Notes under the pieces: model-generated | Databases searched by the model: none | Told to the model about the DNA's origin: nothing | What the model saw: only the letters and a program-made list of their open reading frames with translations | Assembly (NCBI GenBank): GCA_012295275.1 | Contig: CM022665.1 | Location: 1,736,001 to 1,800,000 of the forward strand | Direction: 5' to 3' | From: Chrysomallon squamiferum | Taxonomy: Eukaryota > Animalia > Mollusca | DNA length: 64,000 bases | Position numbers and translations under genes: made by a program | Shown here: positions 30,008 to 39,500 of the stretch, in pieces | Layout of the letters: the number at the start of each line of letters is the position of its first letter | Position numbering within the stretch: the stretch's first letter is position 1

Positions 30008-30636
30008 ACAATAAAGTGTATACACAAATATTTATTTTATCTTTATCAATGTTCCATGTAGTATTGTAAACGAACTTTTTGTCAATAAATTACATAGAAC
30101 AACAGTATTATGTTATAACCCATAAACACATATTACCAGATATAGTTTTGGTTTTAAAAAATATCCTAATTTATTAAATTCGTGTTGTTTCGTGTTGTTT
30201 CATGTTTGCATTTGCACTAAAACGTAACTTTTTAAAATTAGACATAATAATAATAATAATAATAATAATAATGTTTATTTATTTATTTATTTTAAAATCA
30301 ACTTACAACACAGTTGTATAAATTCCGAAGAGCGTCAAACACCCATTCTTCCACAGCCAAGCGTTTCCTAATCAACAACATTTGGTGTTGTCCGTACTTT
30401 GCTGTGAAGTACTTTTTCTTTTTCTCCACTTCTTCCTCTCTATTTAATCTAAAATTGACATGATTATTTGGCGATGCACTTCGATGCAATCTTTGTGGTC
30501 CGGTTTGAGACACTTGTCTGTAGTTGTCGCTGGATGGTGTCGAAGAAACTGCACTAACTTCACACTGTTGAGGAAGAGAGGTAGCCATAACTTCGTAGAA
30601 CCCTACAGTCTTTCTGAATGGATTCAGGCCACTCAT
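8752..30636 (-). CDS. PPP1R14: Protein phosphatase 1 regulatory subunit 14 (CPI-17/PHI-1/KEPI family PP1 inhibitor); complement(join(8752..8793,9032..9073,13034..13120,30307..30636)), 166 aa
   Basis: Exon 1 ends KKKKYFTAKYGQHQMLLIRKRLAVEEWVFDALRNLYNCV (cf. CPI-17 RVTVKYD...RRLDVEKWI...L.ELY). Three further phase-0 exons read by hand: ESEDDHSCTLDLEDILNYDTDEERRQYAL, DCLADVPKPREEVM, EFVEELLEKAKTL*. These match the family's four-helix domain. All introns GT-AG. Confidence 0.9.
9032..9073 (-). CDS. PPP1R14: PPP1R14 exon 3 (14 codons)
   Basis: TTTTTAG|GACTGT...GTAATG|GTGAGA; translates DCLADVPKPREEVM. Confidence 0.85.
10169..10356. repeat. 48-bp minisatellite, ~4 copies in A-B-A-B higher-order arrangement
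   Basis: Unit TATAACTTTTTATGTAGTTAATGTGTTCTGTAGTTATTATGAACATTA alternates with a variant (...TATTTAGTTATTGTGTTATGTAG...); explains track ORF 10074..10439. Confidence 0.9.
13034..13120 (-). CDS. PPP1R14: PPP1R14 exon 2 (29 codons)
   Basis: TTTCAG|GAATCAGAAGAT...GCACTG|GTAGGT; translates ESEDDHSCTLDLEDILNYDTDEERRQYAL. Confidence 0.88.
14089..14160. repeat. Compound (CA)n/(CGCA)n microsatellite
   Basis: Direct reading. Confidence 0.9.
16055..16178. repeat. Compound trinucleotide microsatellite (ATT/GTT/AGT/AAT)
   Basis: Direct reading. Confidence 0.85.
19912..20014. repeat. Compound (TACA)/(CA)n/(TA)n microsatellite
   Basis: Direct reading. Confidence 0.85.
29122..29223. repeat. Interrupted (GT)n microsatellite with duplicated GAGTGTGTGTGCAGTC block
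   Basis: Direct reading. Confidence 0.85.
30307..30636 (-). CDS. PPP1R14: PPP1R14 exon 1 (110 codons; contains the inhibitory phospho-Thr site)
   Basis: Track ORF 30298..30636 cut at donor GTT|GTAAGT (intron starts 30306). A second ATG at 30588 has the better Kozak context. Confidence 0.9.
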
Positions 30637-30951
30637 TTGTGTACTTTTGTATGGGACCCTGGAAATGAATCAATAATTTTTTTATTATTCGTGTGTGTCG
30701 TGTTGTGACATATTAATTTTTACTAAATATTTTGAATTTGTATTTAAAGAATGGAAAATTAATCGACAGCGTTTATTTCTGTTACATGAAATCAAATTTT
30801 ATATCGAGTACTATATTCTGCCGCTTCACAACTACAGTTAACACATTTCTGGTAGAAACAGGATATAGTATTTCCCAATATTTATCCTGTATCTATTATC
30901 ATAATTATGTATTACGAAAACCATCTATGACTTTAAAACAGGAAGCTACTT

Positions 30952-30984
<33 letters not shown>

Positions 30985-30987
30985 TTA

Positions 30988-31025
<38 letters not shown>

Positions 31026-31786
31026 TAAACAGGATTTCATGAAAGAAATGCATATATAAAACACTTCAGAATGTTTGTTATTTTACAATCGTTATAAAAA
31101 TCTTAAAATTATAAATTTATATTTTTGTTTAAACATTTTTTTTGTTATCGAGTTTTCTAGCTTACAGCTGGCCAATAATTTTATTTATTTATTTATTTAT
31201 TTATTATTATTATTATTTTTTTTTTTTTTTTTAAGTAAATAAACTCTTATTTAAAACATGTTTCACAAAGTAAAATTAAATTAGCCTTTATCTTTGTAAT
31301 GAATATCAAAAGTATATTTTATCCATGTTAAATGAAATTTAATAATCATTAAACATATATGAAAATCCAAAGGAAAATAAAGCTATTTATTTATAATAGA
31401 AAGTGGAAAGTTATGTTTAAAATAATATTTCAGTAATTATCTCCCAGAGAAACGTTTGCTTGAACGATTTAGTCAACAAAATACTGAAGTAATGTTTTAC
31501 TGGTGTTAAAATTGAAATTTTTTTGAAGTATTTGAAATAACTTGTTGTGTTTATTTGATTTCTTCGTCGGCTTAAAAAATACTAATACAAAAAAAAATCT
31601 TTAAAAAAAAATAAATAAAACAACCTTTAAACTTTTTATGCATTTTATTTTATACAATTTGTCGAGATATGTCTTTTAGAAAATAATATCGGTCTATCAA
31701 GTGCGTTGCGCATGCGTATTAAGAGGAAGCCATGTTTACTCTGTGTTAGTTAGTTGTGTCTTGTTTAAAACGTATTTGACGCCAAT
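30637..31786. promoter_or_regulatory. Divergent promoter region shared by PPP1R14 and LRP11-like
   Basis: Start codons 1150 nt apart head-to-head; NRF1-like TGCGCATGCG at 31707-31716; raised CpG content. Confidence 0.7.
30954..31025. repeat. (AAT)n(ATT)n near-perfect inverted microsatellite
   Basis: AAT run, centre AATATT at 30981-30986, then ATT run with one ATC interruption. Confidence 0.88.
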
Positions 31787-32143
31787 ATGAAACAGATATT
31801 CATTACTATTTTTGCTTTAATGGTTACAAGTGCTAAAAAAGAGCAAACGGAAAATATTAATGCAGTTTTAAAAGACCCCAAACTTGCTGCAGAATTCTAT
31901 CAAGTTGTTAAAAGATTGGCTATTAACATACCACAGGAAAAACAGTCACCTGTTAATGATGACAATCGCCCTGCTTGTAGAAATAAAGTATATGAAAATA
32001 CAATAATCAGAACATCAGATTCCAGAAAAGCAGGAGCCAAATTTTTGCTATCAATTCAAGATGTGAAATCGAATGAAAACTGTTATGAAGAATGCTGTAA
32101 CACAGATGGTTGCGATCTGTCTGTTTATGGAAAAGGAGATGAG
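31787..32143 (+). CDS. LRP11: LRP11-like exon 1 (signal peptide + N-half of MANSC)
   Basis: Track ORF cut at GAG|GTAAAC, phase 0. Confidence 0.87.
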
Positions 32144-35100
32144 GTAAACTATCAAACACTGAACATTTAAAATTTTGAAATAGCTTGTAATTGTACAATC
32201 AACATATGGTATGTGGTCATTCATGAATTTCCGATCATTTTTATTGTTCTGCCTTCTGTTTTGTTGCTGATGTATGATAATACATTCTTTCATATCCAAA
32301 GGCGAAAGGGGAATGTAAAACTTGATAAAGTGAGACTGATAGTAGATCTGAGATAAGCTGTATTTTTAATGCTTAATAAATTAAAGACCTGCAGTTGCCC
32401 TATTCAATAATTGTTTATTTCAGAATGATATCTTAATGTTATATAATTAAATAATCACTAATCAGTGCATAACTGTTAAATTTAATGATACATAACACCA
32501 AAATATAGTATTGTATGTTATAAAATGTAGTAGCTAAACTGCAAGGTTTACAATAATATGGTATGTGGTCACTGCAGTACGATTATCCTGTTTTTGATTG
32601 ACTGAGCTCATTTTAATATGAAGTAAGAAACCAGATACGGAAATTCTTCTGTTATATGACATGTAGTGTCTGTCAGTACTTAATGAATTGAAAGCAGTAG
32701 GGAAAAACTGACAATTTTGCAATCGTTTTAGCTTTAGTGAAGTTTAATGAAGGCTTTCTTAAGAAAAATTTCAAAATAATACCATTTTTTTCTCCTGTTA
32801 TTAATTTTTGTTCGTTAGGGTGAAAGATGAATATTTATTTGATGGTTTTATACACAAATCCAAAAATAAGTAAAAATTTATTTAATTTAGTATATTGTGA
32901 GACCATTATTACTTACTGGCCCATGCAAGAACTGAAGAAGCACTTGTGCTCAGTTGAATTTAACTCTGTTGTATGAAGATTGCCTTTGCTGTATACATTA
33001 TTTTTATTATTATTTTTTAAAGAGAAACTAAATTATTAATAGATATAAATAGCAAAATACAGATTTAAAAGATCTGAGTTTATTATAATTTTTCCACATT
33101 CTGTTTTGTGTTATTTCATAATATTAGAAAACAAAAATTGTTTATTAAATTATTTAATAATGTTGCCAATATTTATATAATTTTGATGAGATTAGATGTG
33201 CCTTTCATTGTATTTTATTTTTAAATTAATGTTGTTACCAGTGATTATTTTCTGTAACATTCATTTATAGAAGAATTTTTTTTTTTTTTTTTTTTTTGTA
33301 TGATTCTTAATAAAATTACCTGTGTTTAGTTAATAACATTTTGTTTTCTTTATTATTTGTTTTTACTTACTTTTTTTTTTTTTTTTTTTTTTTTTAGACA
33401 AATCACAATTGCTATTTATTTCAATGTAAAGATGACATCACAAAAGAAAACAAGTGTCTGTTCAACAATTATACTGGATATGTTTCCAGTACAGTAACAA
33501 AAATTAAAATTCATCAAATGTTACAACCAGCAGAAACAAAAGATCATTTGGACTCGCTGAAAGAAAAAACAGAAACACCACCAACAACCACTTCAGCAAC
33601 AACAACACTACCACCAAAATCAACTCCTCCACCGACAGAACGCCCTCATACTGGTAAGTAGATAATGCTATTTATGCAATTACATTAGATGAACTCTTTA
33701 ATGCTTGTAATTTGTGTTAAGTAAGTAATTAACATGATTATTAAAAAATATTGGTTTGTGTTGCCAATAAAAACAAATACTAATTGTTTCACTTTAAAAA
33801 AAGTTTGGGTATAAGTTAACAGTGATATAATTTATTACAGTTACAATATTTTTATTGTAAAAATAAAAAATCTGGACTAAAAATAAAATTATATATATAT
33901 ATAATTTTATTTTTATATATATTCGTGTATTTGCAGAATCACTGGTTTTAATAATTTATGGGGATTTACAAGTACAATTTTTAATAGCCATTATCTGTTT
34001 ATAAGTGTATGTGTCCATTTGTTACAACATTACCTTTTTATGTATTGTTATAAAATCAGTATAAATCTATGCTAATTTTCCTCACTAATAAAATAACAAA
34101 TAAAATTCAGCATTATTAAAATGTCTTATTGCATGATATAGAAACCAGTTTTCATAGATAAATTGATCTGATATATAGTTATATTTCTGTTACTAAAAGA
34201 ACCATTTAAACAAAAGTTAATGAAATAAAACAAAAACAAAAAACAGAAGCAAACTTAAATTTAAAATGTATTATTGTTATAGATGGATTCCTTTATTAAT
34301 CGGATTAAAGAGTATCAATTATATCCTATTTAAAATCCTGAAAATAAGCTGCTTGAAATAAAATCATAATAAGTATATATATAATTAGGTATAAGTAAAA
34401 GAAATGTCTTGTACTTACGTGTTATGTTATTTAAAAATGAATGTACTCTAAATTCTAATGTTGTGAACACCTTATTAAACTATATAGTCCAGATCCGGAG
34501 TAATTTCTTTATAATATCATAAAATGCTGTATAAACTTGTGACTAGATAAATGAACACGGTAGTTACACTCCCTTTGGCTTTGTTTGACTGAAAAAGTAC
34601 AGGTCAGTATTACAGATATGTGTAAGTTATGCCTAGAGGCAATTGTTAGTGTCCTGTTCTCTAGAGAAGTGTGTGTGTCCACTCAGGCTTGGTTGTGATA
34701 CATGACACCACTGTAACGCCTGACACTGCAGGATAAGATATTTACAGGGTACATATGTAGATGATTTGAATCTTTGCCAAAAGATGTGATTATATCAGTT
34801 TGTCTAGTTTTACTGTGGCATTGTCAGGTGACCTATTTTACCTGGGATAAAATAATTTAAAACCATACTAATCTAATGATTTTTAAGTCTTGATGGTTAG
34901 TAGTGGTATGTTTGGTCATATTGTAAATAAACTTTGTGTGTCAAAGGAATAAAATCTGATACATTATTTATTAAACTGCGTGTTATATTTAAATAGGATA
35001 TAAAATGAATTGGTGAAAAATAATATCTTGTTGATTCATAGAAGGAAAGAAAAAAGGCAGAATGTTTATTTCTAGTACGGTAATCCTCTTTTGTATTTGA

Positions 35101-36481
35101 AAATTGTTAGGGAAGTAAAGTAACACAATACCTTAGATTATTTTTATTCTCAAGAAAATAAGTTATACTGATGAAAGATGAATAAGAGATTTAACTTGAG
35201 AACTATTATTTATTCTTAACAGCATTTAAAAGTTAAAAAGAACATAATAATTATTACAGATTTCTTGTAGATTTTTATTCAGTTAGGTATGTGTATTATG
35301 GTTTTAAAATAATTAAATAATTTTCAATCAAGCTGTTTTAGTCACTATTTATAAATAACATTTGAAAATTTAAAAAAATATTTTACTGTGGTTAATGAAA
35401 CTTCATTATCAATTTATTGCCAACAGTACAGTCCTTTTTTACTAAATGTTCCAACTTTTTACTACTAGGTGATGAAAAATCATAATTTAATAATTTTAAT
35501 TTCCAGTCATATAAATTGAAAGACTGTCTTTTCATTATTTGAATAATTAAATTATTTTCCATATGTGTAAAGATTTTCTAAGGTATACATATAAATGTAA
35601 TAATTTCATCAATTTATATATAAACGTATCTTTATTTGTCTGCTTAACACTTGTGATCACAGTCATCAGATTTAGAAGTAATAAGCACCACGTGTAACAT
35701 GTATTCCATTTGGTTTTGAACATATTACAAAGGTATTTTGTACATATATTCATAAAAAGGTTTACTATGGTTTCAGTTACTTTAGGAGGTGTTTGCCACT
35801 CAAGACTGAGCTGTGAGGATCCAAATGCTCGGTGTATTCAAGGCTTGTGTCAATGCAAAGATTCATTTTACAAAAAACAACATATTTGTCGTGAGTATAA
35901 AAGACCAAAAAGAAGGTTATCAATATTAAGTTTATTAACTGTATTTAATTAATGTGGACAGTTACTAATATCTGTGTATTTATTAACTAATCAGAAATAC
36001 TACTTTCTCTGGATACTTAAAAATAATTGTATGTTGATCTTTCAACTGGACAGGCTCTCTAAAGAGAGAACAAAAAGATACTTTATTTATTTAGTCTGCA
36101 AACTAGGTCAGGAAAAAAAGGAATGTAAAGATGATTTCATTAGATATTTCAAAAGAAATATTTTGTCAAACCTGACGGATATCATCATCTTTATGTATTG
36201 TATCTTTGAACCTTTCTTCTAGTGTTGACAAAATGGGAGTAATAGTTAGAAAATTTTATTTTATTGTGTTTTATTTGGTTTTGATTGGATTAGTATAAAT
36301 GTAACCTTTATAATAAAAACAGAAAAGAATGACATTTCTCTAAAACTAAGAAATTTCATTTTATGTTGTTTGGGAAAAATGACTTTATAATATAATTAAA
36401 TTTTTATGATGGTATTTTAAACAGATTTATTAATAAACAATTAAAATAATTGTATTGACAGTGTTGTTGCAGACTAGCATT

Positions 36482-36518
<37 letters not shown>

Positions 36519-39500
36519 CTTAATTGTCTTTATATGCATGACAGGTTCTATAAATGTATCAGTTTTAGTAATTAAGAGTTAATTTTTTGTTTGTTTTGTA
36601 GGACAAATCTGTATTGCTGACAAGGAGTTTGAATGTCGGGGTAGAGGAACATCTCGCCGAGGACCTGACTGTATTACCTCATCACTCGTTTGTGATGGAA
36701 CACATGACTGTGCTGATGGCTCTGATGAATTAAACTGTCCAACAAAAGGTTTGCTTTTGCTTTATTCCTATGGAGAAGTCTAATTTTTGAAAAAGTTCAA
36801 GTGGTATTATGGTGGTCATGTAATATACATGGTAAATAACTGGATATTTTTGATGACTTGTTTTATTTTTTGAGTACACTGAAATTTGTTATTTTGATAT
36901 GTAATCAATATACAATAAATATATTGTTTTGTTGCAAATATTTAAACATTAAAATAGATTTTAAAATCATAAAGTATTTGTGAAACTAGTTTACCTCTAC
37001 TTGAATAATAAACAAATGCTCCATTGGTATTTTTTGCTTTGGATTTGATAAAAATTGCTGGGCAAAGCCAGTATTTTCATTTATCAAGGTGAAGTGTCTG
37101 TGAATGTATTTGACCAGTGTAAGCATGAACTTTGTATGGGCTGAAAAGAAAAATGTGTTCAAACAGGTTATGATGAATAGTGTCAATAGGGGTGTTTGTA
37201 AACAGTGACACCATTGTGCCTTTTTAGATTTTTTTATTTTTTTCTCAGATGGTTGAAAAATATTATAAACTACTATATCACCTTCATTTTTTCATTTTTT
37301 TTATTATTATTTTTTTTTCATTAAAATGTTTAAATTATTTTTTGTTAAATTCCATGATAATATTTATACCAAACAAAAAAAATGATATCTTGATTAAACT
37401 TTTAACATAAATCTTAGCTATTAATTAAAGGAAATCATTTGATTATTAAAATTTAGTTTATTAACTTCTGTTCTCATGGTTTCATCATGAAATAGGATAA
37501 GTAAACCTTGTTCTGCCATAAAGTTCTGAATTTATTGCCATTACAAAATCAGTATTATTTATTCAGTTTGTTTATCAGCTAACTTATTCTAAACATTGTA
37601 AATTTGTTTTTAAAATAAAAATTCTCTCCAAACCAAAACATTTAAATATCTACAAATGTTTTCATGAAATCTTTAATTATTACTTTTTTTGTTTTCTATT
37701 TTTACTGATTTATTTTTGATGTTAGTACTATTATTAGCTATATTTGTAAAAATGAAGACAAAACAAGTAAATATGTTACAGCATAAAGCACTGAAATAGT
37801 TACATTAAATATTAATTCAGGACTATTAATAGGTGCATCTTTTCCATTTAAAAATTAATTTCATTAGCAACAACCTCTGTGAAGTCAACTTGGATTAACA
37901 AATTAAATCAAAAGGACTCAACTGAAGAAAAATCAGAAACTGAAGACAATGTACCTCTTCCAGAGAGTGAAAGTTCTGAAAGTGTTGATGATGGATTTCC
38001 ACCTCTTGATAACAAAGAGGAATGGGATTATAATGAAGAAAATAAGGAAAAATCAAATAAAAGTTTCAAATTAAGCAACAGTGAGCAAGATTCATTTGTA
38101 AAATCAACCACGGACAGTTATCATAACATTCCAGCAAGCAGTAGTGAACAGAAGAAGTATGATCAACATGAAGAAAATAATCCTAAAGTTCCAATGCCTT
38201 TCATTTCCTGGGCAGATGAGGAAGAAACATTTGATGACAATAAGCCAGATGGAACAGTGCAAAATAAACAGAGTCTGCAAGACGAGCTCAGTTTAAGCCT
38301 GATGTCTGATGATGAAGACAGCATCTCTCAGGACAGAAATGAGGACATGAAATCTGCAGAACAGTTTGACACAGTTTCAAGACCAAGAGGTGGGCGGCCT
38401 GAAGCAATACCTCGTCCTACTCAAACTGTAGACTCCAATCCAGGCATCGTCAGTCATCCTGAACCAGAATCAGTTCCTAACACTTCACTTGATGATACCC
38501 GCTTGCCCAAAACGGACAGTAAATCTTCGCCCTTTGATAAAGACAACTGGTCAAATTATGTAAAAAACAGTGGTCTGTCTCCACCTGTTAGACCTATTGA
38601 ATCGACTCCTTACAGCGACTTGCCTTATAATTTGGACCAGTTCAACTACCCTCAAGGAAGGCCTTACCCCCCTAACATACCATATCAACCATCACCACCA
38701 CGGTTCACACCAAATCAGATGGGACGGTATAATGGTTATCGATATCCTGGTTATAATCAACAATACCCTGGCTACAACATTGACTATTCAGATTACGATT
38801 CTTATCCCTCTGAACAGGATCAAGATTTAAGACATACAAATTTTCAGCTTCCAAGTTATCCTGGTGGAGGTATAAAAACTGTATTAGCATGCTTGAGTCT
38901 GTTTTAATGTATTTGTGTAAATATTTTGTCATTAAATATTGACTGAATTTTTATGCTTTTTTTAAAATTATTATTGTGAATTTTTGTTTAGTAAGTTGTG
39001 CATAATTAGTTTAACTGCACCCTTGCTTGTTTGTGTAACTACACCTTGCTATTGTACATTTGTGTTCATTTGTTTTCTTAAAAGTTAACACATAGTGTAA
39101 GAATACACAAACTGTTGTTGTTACAAGTTTTGAAAAAAGCATGCAATTTCTGTATTGTATTACGTGTATTTTTATGTATTTAGATATTATATTTTTTAAT
39201 TAGTTATTATTTGTATACTTTATTTACTTTTAAGAATTCAATTATAATTTTAGTTAAAAATATCTTTTCACTGTAGATTTATTATTCAGTATAATGTTAG
39301 CAGAGCCACATTTGACAACAGAGCACTTCACCAAAAAATATTTTAATATATATTTGTTTTCTGTAGCATGTACCATTAAAGAAAGAAAGAAAGAAAGAAA
39401 AATTCATTTCTGGACAGAATTATAATAGTCATTTTAATACAAAAGTTCTATAGACACTATTATTGTTTGTTGTCAGTGGTTGTTTTTATTGTTCAATGTA

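Noticed and set aside
11166-31028. Many 60-100 aa ORFs with poly-Y, poly-F, poly-K, poly-N/I or VCVC runs
   Set aside because: Translations of microsatellites and AT-rich intron; no splice or homology support.
38870-38907. Possible secreted isoform by reading through the exon 5 donor
   Set aside because: No evidence beyond an incidental in-frame stop.
38570-38932. Overlapping alternative-frame and antisense ORFs in LRP11-like exon 5
   Set aside because: Shadows of the real coding frame.
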